Assembly: GCA_030390025.1 (NCBI GenBank)
Contig: CM059432.1
Span: forward strand, 40,612,001-40,676,000
Reading direction: 5' to 3'
Source: Squalus acanthias
Lineage: Eukaryota
DNA length: 64,000 nucleotides
Position numbers and translations under genes: made by a program. Shown here piece by piece: positions 1 through 11,605 of this stretch (positions are counted from its first letter, which is position 1; each line of letters starts with the position of its first letter). The notes beneath the pieces were generated by a model. The model saw only the letters and a list, made by a program, of their open reading frames with translations. It was not told where the DNA came from and made no database searches.

Positions 1-880
1 AAACACTGACAATTCATCTGTCAAAAAATTTGCGACAGATGAAGCGTCATACGCTGATGTCATCTGTCACTGGCTTTCCATTGAGAAAATCCAGCCCTAT
101 GACTCTATAAAGGCTAAGTGCCAAATCTTCGAAACCTTTAGATCTCTTTCAAGTTCAGCCTGAGCTATTTAAGACGACTCTTGTATTATGTATAACAACA
201 ATTTTTTCTTCCTATTTTCAACATTTTACCCTTGTGCATACTAAATTTCATCTACCACTGCTCCGCCCACATACACATGTTACCTAACTCATTCTATAGG
301 TCCCTGGCTGTCTCCTGAGATTCATCTGACCACCCGCCCCCCTCCCCCTCGCCACTCCCATATTGTTTATGAATATGGCCAGTTGCACTGAGCCTCTGAC
401 TCCAAATCTACTTCCATACTTGTGCTTGTTTAGATCAGATTCTGGGCAAGTAGTGCCGCTGAACCAGCCCCTACATTTAAACTACTAAATCTGATTACTA
501 ATTCTGGAAACATAATCATAGGTACACAAAAAACTAGGTCCATGATTCTGCATCTGGGTTAAGGGATTAAATGGTGTAAATTGGGGGAGAGGATTGGTCT
601 CTTAGAATCCAACCGAAATAAGAGCCAATATCAAAGCATCTCGAGTCATTAATGCAAGAAGTGGGAGTCCCTGGAACACTACACTGAACATTTCCTTCCC
701 CTCATCCAACACTTGCTTAACTGCTTTCTACCCTTCAACCAGTTTCTTATCCAATCCTATTTTCTTCAAGTTTAACTAAATGTTTATTGTGTGAAATTTT
801 GTCAAAAGCTTTTTGGAAGTCAAGGTCCACTGGGTTGTCACTTCCTCAAGAATCAAGACTGATCATGTAGGGTCTTCCTC

Positions 881-1264
881 TTTTTTCTTATTCATTCCTG
901 GGATGTGGGCATCCAGCATTTATTGCCCTTGAGAAGGTGGTGGTGAGTGGCTCGCTAGGCCATTTTGGAGGGCAATTAAGAGTCAATCACATTGCTGTGG
1001 GTCAGGAGTCACATATAAGCCAGACCAGGTAAGGATGGCAGAGTTCCTTCCCTAAAGGAAGTTAGTGAACCAGATGGGTTTATTACGACAATCGGTAGTT
1101 TTATGGTCACCATGACTGATACTAGCTTTGATTCCAGATTTATTTAATTAACTGAATTTAAATTCAACAGCTGCCATGGTGGGATTTGAACTCATATCTC
1201 TGGATCATTTGCCAGGCCTCTGGATTACTAGTCCAGTAACATAACCACTGTGCTACCATACCCC
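881..1264 (-). mobile_element. tRNA-derived SINE sharing head and tail with the 8653-11605 LINE
   Basis: Same A/B boxes, body and 3' tail. Confidence 0.85.
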
Positions 1265-1539
1265 CTTGTTGGCTGCTATTTACTATGTTATTACCGCATA
1301 GGAAAGCCTCATTTTTACTTCAAATAATCGATTCCACTACAGATGTAAAACTGATGAGTCTGTAGCTACCTGGATCTGCTTCTCCCCAAGACTCTTAGGT
1401 TTCCTATTTGGCTTGGCAGAGGTTTCACCACCTCAATAACTATTAACATTTCTGTCGCTAAAATCTATAGATAACAAAACTTCTAAATATAGAGAAACCT
1501 TTTTTTTCCCCCGGTTCACTTTCATTGCGCCTGTTCTGA

Positions 1540-3613
1540 ATTTCACTATAAATTCCAAGCATCAAATATAAGGAACTGATGGCAGAAAACAAAAGGAAGC
1601 CAATTAAAAAGCTACATTTCAAACAAGTCAATTTTAAAAGGCATGAGAGAATGCATGGGAATAGTAAAATGGGTTGCGATACTGGAAGGAAAAGATGGGG
1701 AAGGAAAGTGGCATAGTTTCAAAGGGATAGTTTTTAAAGATACAAAAAGAATGTATCCCTGGACTAGGTCAGGGGCAGAATAAAAGAGTGAGACTAGTTT
1801 GGCTTGCTAACAATGTTGTGAAAGGCATTAGGGAGAAAGAGAAACCATACAAAATGTTTTAATGTTCAGGAAAGTAACAGCAGAGGGAGATCTATAAAGG
1901 TAGGCTGGGGAATGCCAAGAAACTGATAAGGGCTGCAATCGTAGCTGGAAACATAATGCAGAACAGTAAAGAATTCTTCAAGTATGTCAGGAGTAAACAA
2001 AGGGTGCAAAGAGGGGTTGGTCTACTAAAAAGTGACAATAGGGAAGTGAAGTCCAAAAATAAACTGCTGAAGTATTTTTCAACAGTGTTCACAAAAGAAA
2101 TGGGGGGTTAATGCCAGAATTGGAGTACACTTTGAAGTTGAATGTAGACTATTTTTTTTAAATCACAAGAGAGAACAAATTAAGGAGATTGTTAAAGCTG
2201 AATGTAGTTAAGGCTCCTGGCTCTGACAACCTTCATTCAAGGTTCTGAAGGAATTGGCTCAAACAATTGAGAGCCCTCTTGCGGATATTTTTCTGTGTTT
2301 ACTGGACTTAAGACAAACCCCAGAGGATTGGAAAATGGCAAATGTGGCTCCCATCTTCCAAAAAAGGGGCGAGGGATGAACCATCAAATTATAAGCCTGT
2401 GAGCCTGATTTCCACTGTTTCAAAGTATTATGAGGATTAACTAATTTGAGGAGATAACAGGCCTAATTGACAGGGGAGAGACAGTGGATGTTATCCACCT
2501 GGATTTCAGGAAAGCATTTTACGCTGTCCCACATAATAGCCTACTACATAAGATCCAAGCCCATGGAATGGATGGGAATGTATTAAAATGGATAAGCAAA
2601 TGGTTGGTTGGTAGACAACAACAAGTAGTAGTGGCTGGGCAGGTATCTGGTTGGCAGCTAGTTACCAGTGGAATGTCACAAGGTTCGGCATCAGGGCCGT
2701 TTTGTTTATCATTTTTATAAATGATTTAGAGGAAGGAATTGTGTCCAAAATGTCCAAATTTGCAGACGGTAACAAATTGGGAGCAGTGGCAAATGATGGA
2801 TATCAATACACACAAATTCAAGAGGAATCTGACAAGCTCGCTCAGTGGCCCGAGAAATGGCAGATGCAATTTAATATAATGAAATGTAATGTTATGAGAT
2901 TTGGCAGAGGGAAGGTTGATATGGATTATGTACTAAATGGGAATGTACTTGAGGTATCGAAGCAGGAGAGAGCTCTTTGGGTTTTAGTGGAAAAAAAAGC
3001 AAACAGAATGTTGGGGTGCACAGCAAGGTGTAGAACATACAAATCAAGAGAGGTCATTTTAAAACTGGTTTTGGCCCTGGTGAGACCACATTTGGAGCAT
3101 TGCGTGCATTTTTGGTCTCCCTATTTTATAAAGGATATTCAGTTGCTAGTGGGCGTACAGAGAAGGGCTACACGGTTGATCCCAGAACTTAAGGGAATGA
3201 TTTATGAGGAAAGATCACTTAGCCTGGGTCTTTTCTCTCTTGAAAAAGACCGAGAGGACATATAATAGAAGTGTTTAAAATTATAAAAGGTTTGAACAAA
3301 TGGATCCAAGTAAATTTTTCTGCCATGTGCAGAATTTAACCACAAGGGGACATAGTTACAAATTAAGGATAACAAAAGAAAATAGGAAATGTAAAACGAC
3401 CTTTTTTTTTAAATCAAAAGGGTGGTAAGTATGTAGAACAGATTACCGGCACGGGTGGTAGAACAAGAAATTTTAATGGGTTTCAAGAAGTAATTAGACA
3501 GATTCTCATCATCAAATGGGATTCAGGGTTATTAAAAATCCACCAAGGGAATACTGTGGATAGGTGGATAGACCGAAGGTCTTCTCTTGCCTGAAACTGT
3601 TACTAAGTTACTA
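1540..3613 (+). mobile_element. Degraded CR1 LINE ORF2 and 3' end
   Basis: LDFRKAF, QGS, KFADG and LVRPHLE motifs with frameshifts. Confidence 0.85.
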
Positions 3614-3742
3614 CAATTCAGACTGTTAGGTACACTATAATATGTGCATTTAACTTTTACTGTACTAATGTATTTAAGATGAACAATATTCGATTTAATT
3701 GCAATTGGAAATAACCATTTTATTACACAGCACAGACACTAT

Positions 3743-4612
3743 GGGGGAAATTTTAACCCCAAAAAACAGGTGGGTTGTGGTCAGGTAGAAGGTTAAAGAG
3801 TTAAAAAACTGAATCCCGACCCCAACCCGCCCACTTCCAGTTTTAAAGGAGGCGGTACAGAGGGGCGGTCAGCCAACCTGCTCCCAGGAGGCGGGTCGCC
3901 CATTTAAATATTATAACGAGGCTGGCATACCTCAGGGTGATCCACCATTACAAATTTATCTCTGGCTGGTCAGGTTTCCCAGGCTCGGGGAACCCACCAA
4001 CTAAAGGCCTTTCCACTTACCTCCTGGATTCAGCGTTCCTGCCTCGCCATCTCCCTCCCCGCCTCGCCATCTCCCTCCCCCGAAGCCTCCGAATTGGACC
4101 CCCCGGCATCCGATCCCCCCCACGAGGCCTCCGATCTCCTCCTGACCTCCCCTTCCTGAAGCCTCCAATCACCCCATGAGGTTACCTATCTCTCCCCAAC
4201 CACCGTCCCCACAACCCTCCAGTCCCAATGCTCCTCCGGCCACCATCCACCCACCCCCCGCCGATGCTGCTCCAGCCTCCCCACAATGGTTCCGATCATC
4301 CTCCGGCTCCACGCACCCCCCACCCACACCAATGCTTCTCCGACACCCAATCCTCCTCTGGCCCCGATCAACCCCCCCACACCCCCGATCCCTGTCTCCT
4401 TCCTCTCTGCAGCCGAGTGCCGCAGGCCTACCTGCCCGCAGCCAGCCAGCCTCCATCTGCCTGGCTGCAGGTGGGAATCGGTACTTTGAAATGCTAATCA
4501 GGCCCTGCCGTTATATTCGGCAAGGCCTATGGGGAAACCCGTTCTCCCGGGTTTCCCGACCGCTTTCTAGCTCCCCCGCTACCGGCCCGCCTCCAGATTA
4601 AAATTACAGCCC
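3743..4612. mobile_element. GC-rich Harbinger-type non-autonomous element with degenerate TIRs and C-rich core
   Basis: GGGGGAAATTTTAA ... TTAAAATTACAGCCC termini; CpG-rich island in AT-rich intron. Confidence 0.55.
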
Positions 4613-5297
4613 ATGTTGCCAAATCAAAACCGTAAATGGGTTCTTGTCAGACAGCAGGCTGAACAATGTAATTTCAAAGTAAAAGAGTGAAAGCCCATCC
4701 AGCAGGGCTGTTCCTGCTCAAAGTATGGCCTGACAACAGGGTCAAAGGTCATGGCATGCTCTGGTTTCCTTGTAGCACCATGTTGTTAGAAACCATATGT
4801 AAAAGCAGTGCCGATGCGCTTTGATGCTGCAGTCCAGACTGTAGCTCAGCCTGATCCGCTTACAGAAAAGAATCATTTTTACAAAAAGAGCTTGTTAAAG
4901 GCTAGTGATTAGTGAGCTAGGTCTTTGCATATCTCCTAACATATGAATTAGATGGACAGTATGATTGTTGTATAAAGGTTCGGTGAGTGAAGGGTCCTTG
5001 ATTAAACACAGATGCAATTTCACAGAATTCTTATCTCTTGGAGTGTTAAAAAGTTTACATGAAATTGCAGGGTTGATTTTTTTGGTACTAATGGCGAGTG
5101 CAATCTACAGAGAACACATATCTCAATCCGTTTTTAGAGTCCTCAGTGATACTGGACGGGCTTACTCTGAGGTTTTTTCCTATTTAAGTAAGGAATCCCC
5201 TCCTCCATCCCACATTTCAGGTTCCTGTCCCAATGTACCAAAGTACCCAAGAGAGCAGACAGCCATTCCACTCACAGGCTTCTGCCAATGTCACTCT

Positions 5298-7450
5298 GGC
5301 CCGGATTTTGCGGTCAGCGGCGAAGTGACGGCGCTCGCCGCTGACCTCGAAGAAAGCTGCCCACAAAGATCTAGCGAGCTCTGTGGTGTGGATTTCACCT
5401 TTCTCGATGTTAATTTCATTCTGGCATCACCTATAGGGGATCTCCGGCTTCCAGCAACAGTGATGTTATCAAGCAGGCTAAGCAGCCAATCACAATGTAG
5501 AATTCTCACAGACAGCAAACCAGGAAGTAAAAAGTACTGATTATGCTTCACTTTTTAATCATTTTACAGAGAGCGAAATAAAGATTGGGACAGGGATTAA
5601 GGTAAAAGCTGAAATATCATAAACAAACTTTAAAAATAAAAGTATTTTTTATTATTTTAAAAATCTAGGAATTTTATCAATAGAGAAATGACATTCCACA
5701 AATAAAAAAATCGTTTCAGTGGACGCATTGGTTGTCATCGTCCAAAATTCTATAGATTCTGGAATGGATTTGGGAAAATGCTGGAATCTATTATAAAGGA
5801 TGCAATAACTGGGCACTTAATGATAAGATTGGGCAGCGTCAACATGGATTTATGAAAGGGAAATCCTGTTTGACAAACCTATTGGAGTTGTTTGAGGATG
5901 TAACTAGTGGAGTAGACAATGGGGAACCGGTAGATGTGATGTACCTGGATTTTTAGAAGGCCTTTGATAAGATCCCACACAAGAGATTGCTGAACAAAAT
6001 GAGGGCACCTGGAATTGGGGGTAATATACTAGCATGGATTGAGAATTGGTTAACAGACAGAAAACAAAGAGTAGAGATAAACGGGTCTTTTTCAGGATGG
6101 CAGGCTGTGATTAGTGGGGTACCGCAAGGATCGGTGCTTGGGCCCCAGCTATTCACAATCTATATCAATGATTTGGATGAGGGACTAAATGTAACATCTC
6201 CAAATTTGCTGATGATACAAAGCTAGCTGGTAGTGTCAGTTGTGAAGAGGATGTGAAGAGGCTTCAAGGGGATCTCGACAGGCTCAGTGAGTGGGCGAGA
6301 ACATGGCAGATGGAATATAATGTGGATAAATGTGAAGTTATCCACTTTGGTAGAAAAAACAGAAAGGCAGAGTATTTCCTAAATGGTGAAAGATTGGGGA
6401 ATGCAGATGCTCAAAGGGACCTGTACATGAGTCACTGAAAGTGAATGTGCAGGTGCAGCAAGCCATTAGGAAGGCAAATGGTATGCTGGCCTTCATTACA
6501 AGAGGATGTGAGTACAGGAGTAAAGAAGTCTTACTACAATTATATAGGGCCTTGGTGAGACCACACCTGGGGTACTGTGTACAATTTTGGTCTCCTTACC
6601 TAAGGAAGGATATACTTGCCATAGAGGGAGTGCAACGAAGGTTCACGAGATTGATTCCTGGGATGGCGGGACTGTCGTATGAGAAGAGATTGAGTAAACT
6701 AGGCCTGTATTCTCTTGAATTCAGAAGAATGAGAGGGGATCTCATTGAAGCATACAAAATTATTACAGGGCTTGATAGGGTGAATGCTGGGAGAATGTTT
6801 CCCTTGGCTGGGGAGTCTAGAACCAGGGGCCAGCACCTCAGGATAAAGGGTAGGCCATTCAGGACTGAGATGAGAAGAAATTTCTTCACACAAAGGGTGG
6901 TGAATCTTTGGAATTCTCTACCCCAGAGGGCTGTGGAGGCTCAGTCATTGGGTATATTCAAAACAGAAGTCGATAGATTTCTGACTAGTAAGGGCATCAA
7001 GGGATATGGCGATAGGGCCGGTGAATGGAGTTGAGGCAGAAGATCAGCTATGATCTCATTGAATGGCGGAGCAGGCTCGAAGGGCCGAATGGCCTACTCC
7101 TGCTCCTATTTCTTATGTTCTTATGTGCCAGAGAGGTTGCTCAGCAGTAATTATGACTTAGTACGCTGTTAAAAAATCAGTTACTCTTCATTCAACAAGG
7201 CATAACTTTTTTTTTTTTTAAAGGGGTTTTACAGCATGAATAGTGTGTAAAAAGTTCACATCAATTCAGTGATTTTAATTGATTTCCATCTGTGAGGACT
7301 GCAACAGCGCACCCTGTGGAGGAGCAGGATATCACTGACAGCAACTTCAGGATTTCCATGTTTAAATACTCCAGATGTTGCTGTCAGTTTTACAGAGTAT
7401 TCTTTGTAATTCTATGTATTTATATGTAACAACCAGCAGAAAAGCACAAA
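5298..7450. mobile_element. Harbinger-type MITE interrupted by CR1
   Basis: Starts GGCCCGGATTTT, like the 54369 TIR; right end not clearly found. Confidence 0.4.
5722..7125 (+). mobile_element. HER1-like CR1 LINE 3' part, inserted in a MITE
   Basis: [22 protein letters not shown]; tail ...TTCTTATGTTCTTATGT. Confidence 0.92.
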
Positions 7451-8652
7451 CCCTCAATAAATTATACCGTAGGTAAGAATAAAATATCGGCTTCCACCAC
7501 AGTTTGCCGTGGGTTTTGACAGCGGCAGTCCTGTATTCCAGGGTGAAGGCTGGGTATTATTTCTCAGAAGAACCTATCAGCTGATGCCCCCATCCCCTCC
7601 CCCTCCACATTACACCCTTAGGGTAATGTTAGAGAGAGTGAGGGTTTACAGCATTGTGGAGCTTGCATGGAAAACGTTCGTAATTGTAATGATACTCGTG
7701 ACAGAAAATCACAAAGATCGAGTGGTAAAACTCGAATAGTGAAACTTTGAAAAGTTGAACAATGCAAAACTTTGTAAAATTTCTAACAGAACAAATAGTC
7801 TTTGGGAATGTGTTCACTGCAGTAACACAATTTCATGCTTTAAGCAACAATCATAACCCACTCAAGCTTTACGCTGCAATTTATCATATCTGAGGCCCTA
7901 CATTGTATTACTTACTTGTACCACTCTCTGAAGCATCCTTCTCTATGTAACAAGTTACAGTTTCAGCACTAGATGCTCTGTTGCAATGATTGACTAGAAG
8001 AGCACTGCAAGCTTGGCAGAGGATGTATTTTATAAGAATATCTGTGAAATGTACATGCTGTCAGCCACAGACAATTCCCAATGCTGGGTGAGAAACAGAA
8101 AGAATACAAAATAATTCCTTTAAATATGTAATTATAGTAATGGTAATCACCTTGTTTTATCTGCATTGTATTGATGAATAAACCTGGTGAGTTCAAGCTA
8201 TTATTGGTTTTAATTATCTGACTCTCTTACACTTTCACACATTCTGATAATGAAATACTGTACCCTCTATGGACAGGGTATTCACACATCAAATCACATA
8301 GCTAATTGACCTTTTTGCTCAACAAATTGAACAGATGACACGAGAGACAATCTAAGTGGTTTTGTGTTTGGTTCCTAACACAACTAAGACTATGGAACAG
8401 CACTCGTTCTTAACCTTTACACTGCCACGTGCAAGTTTACTCATCTGGGCATGCTACTGATTTGCAGGCCACTAATGACTTTAGTTGCCTGTCAGTAGCC
8501 TGTTACAGTTCCAATTCGTAAAAAATGGTTAGAGATTGATAGGTGGTTCAGTTTTGTTCAGGCTGTGAATAGATCAGCCACATATATCAGGAGGGTTGCT
8601 AGCTTCATTCCTAATCTGTACTGATTTAGCAGCTCTAAATTGGAGCAGCTAT

Positions 8653-11605
8653 ATTTTTTTGGTTCATGGGATGTGGGCCTCGCCAGCAAGGCCAGCATTT
8701 ATTGCCCATCCCTAGTTGCCCTTGAGAAGGTGGTGGTGAGCCACCTTCTTCAACCGCTGCAGTCCGTGTGGTGAAGGTACTCCCACAGTGTTGTTAGGGA
8801 GGGAGTTCCAGGATTTTGACCCAGCGGCGATGAAGGAACGGCGATATATTTCCAAGTCAGGATGGTGTGTGACTTGGAGGGGAACTTGGAGGTGATGGTG
8901 TTCCCATGCGCCTGCTGCCCTTGTCCTTCTCGATGGTAGAGGTCGCGGGTTTAGGAGGTGCTGCCGAAGAAGCCTTGGCGAGTTGCTGCAGTGCATCTTG
9001 TAGATGGTACACACTGCAGCCACGGTACACCGGTGGTGGAGGGAGTGAATGTTTAAGGCGGTGGATGGGGTGTCAATTAAGGGGGCTGCTTTGTCTTGGA
9101 TGGTGTTGAGCTTCTTGAGTGTTGTTGGAGCTGCACTCATCCAGGCAAGCGGAGAGTATTCCATCACACTCCTGACTTGTGCCTTGTAGATGTTGGAAAG
9201 GCTTTGAGGAGTCAGGAGGTAAGACACTCGCTGCAGAATACCCAGCCTCTGATCTGCTCTTGTTGCCACAATATTTATGTGGCTGGTCCAGTTAAGTTTC
9301 TGGTCAATGGTGACCCCCAGGATGTTGATGGTGGGGGATTCGGCGATGGTAATGCCATTGAATGTCAAGGGGCGGTGGTTAGACTCTCGCTTGTTGGAGA
9401 TAGTCATTGTCTGGCACTTCTGTTGCGTGAATGTTACCTGCCACTTATCAGCCCAAGCCTGAATGTCGTCCAGGTCTTTATTATCTGAGGAGTTGCGGAT
9501 GGCACTGAACACTGTGCAGTCATCAGCGAACATCACCACTTCTGACCTTATGATGGAGGGAAGGCCACTGATGAAGCAGCTGAAGATGGTTGGGCCTAGG
9601 ACACTGCCCTGAGGAACTCCTGCAGCGATTTCCTAGGGTTGTGATGATTGACCTCCAACCACCACAACCATCTACCTTTGTGCTCGGTATGACTTGAGCC
9701 AGTGGAGAGTTTTCCCCCCCGATTCCCATTGACTTCAGTTTTACTAGGGCTCCTTGATGCCTCCTCGGTCAAATGCTGTCTTGATGGCAAGGGCAGTCAC
9801 TCTCACCTCACCTCTGGACCAAGGCTGTAATGAGGGCGGGAGCCGAGTGGTTCTGGCAGAACCCAAACTGGGCATCAGCGAGCAGGTTATTGGTGAGTAA
9901 ATGCTGCTTGATGGCACTGTTGATGACACCTTCCATCTCTTTACTGAGGATTGAGAGTAGATTGAAGGGGCGGTAATTGGCTGGATTGGATTTGTCCTGC
10001 TTTTTGTGGACAGGACATACCTGGGCAGTTTTCCACATTGTCGGATATATGGCAGTGTTATAGCTGTACTGGAACAGCTTGGCTAGAGGCACGGCTAATT
10101 CTGGAGCACAAGTCTTCAGCATGACAGCTGGGATGTTGTCGAAGCCCACAGCCTTTGCTGTATCCAGTGCGCTCAGTCGTTTCTTGATATCACGTGGAGT
10201 GAATCGAATTGGCTGAAGACTGGCTTCTGCGGTGGGGGAGACCTCAGGAGGAGACCGATATGGATCATCCACTCGGTGCTTCTGGCTGAAGATGGTTGCA
10301 AATGCTTCAGCTTTGTCTTTTGCACTCATGTGCTGGGTTCCACCATCATTGAGGATGGGGATATTCATGGAGCCTCCTCCTCCCATTAGTTGTTTAATGG
10401 TCCAACCACCATTCACAACTGGATGTGGCAGGAGTGCAGAGCTTTGATCTGATCCATTGATTATGGGATCGCTTGCCTGGTGCTGCTCCTGGCATGCTCT
10501 TCTACACTCCTCATTGAACCAGGGTTGGTCCCCTGGCTTGGTGGTAATGGTAGAGTGAGGGATATGCCAGGCCATGAGGTTACAGATTGTGGTGGAATAC
10601 AATTCTGCTGGCCCACATGGATGTCCAGTTTTGACATCTGTTCTGAATCTATCCCATTTAGCACAGTGGTAGTGCCACACGACACGATGGAGGGTGTCCT
10701 CAGTGCGAAGACGAGATTTTGTCTCCGCAATGACTGCGGTGGTCACTGTCATGGACAGATGCATCTGCGACAGGTAGATTGGCGAGGACGAGGTCAAATA
10801 GGTTTTTCCCCTCGTGTTGGTTCTCTCACCACCTGTCGCAGGCCCAGACTGGCAGTTATGTCCTTCAGGACTCAGCCAGCTTCGGTGCTACCGAGCCACC
10901 CTTGGTGATGGATATTGAAGTCCTCCACCTAGAGTACATTCTGTGCCCTTGCTACTCAGTGCTCCTTCCAAGTGGTGTTCAACATGGAGGAGTACTGATT
11001 CATCAGCTGAGGGAGGGCGGTAGGTGGTAATCAGCAGGAGGTTTCCTTGCCCATGCTTGACCTGAAGCCATGAGACTTCATGGGGTCCAGAGTCAATGTT
11101 GAGGACTCCCGAATGTATACCACTGTGCCGCCACCGGTGGGACAGGACTTATCCAGGGATGGTGTATGATTCTGTGAGTATGACTATGTCGGGCTGTTGC
11201 TTGACTCGTCTGTGGGACAGCTCTCCCAATTTTGACACAAGTCCCCAGATGTTGGTGAGGAGGACTTTGCAGGTGCTGAGGTCATCCGGTTTTATTCTTA
11301 TTCGTAGCAGTTTTTTACAACTGAGTGGCTTGCTAGGCATTTCAGGGGGCAGTTAAGAGTCAAACATATTGCTGTGACTCGAGTCAAATATAGGTCAGAC
11401 AACAGATTTCCTTCCATAAAGAACATTAGTGAACCAGACGGGTTTTTATGACAATCTGATAGTTTCATGGTCACCATTACTGATACTAGCTTTTTATTCC
11501 AGGTTTTATTTATGCCGCGGTGGGATTTGAACTCTTGTCTCCGGATCATTAGGCCAGGCCTCTGGATTACTAGTCCAGTAACATAACCACTATACTACTG
11601 TTCCC
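8653..11605 (-). mobile_element. Near full-length decayed CR1/L2-group LINE with tRNA-like 5' head, APE endonuclease and RT, no ORF1
   Basis: A box, anticodon arm and B box at 11522-11597; endonuclease N-terminus KVLLTNIWGL..QQPDIVILTES at ~11170-11268; RT motifs ([18 protein letters not shown]); ORF stop at 8712; A-rich tail; interrupts a Deu-SINE. Confidence 0.85.

Noticed and set aside
3937..4601. Overlapping Pro-rich and Gly-rich ORFs
   Set aside because: By-product of the C-rich low-complexity core of a TIR element; no domain or splice support
4965..5551. 191-aa and 86-aa ORFs
   Set aside because: They straddle unique DNA and a MITE start; no recognisable protein
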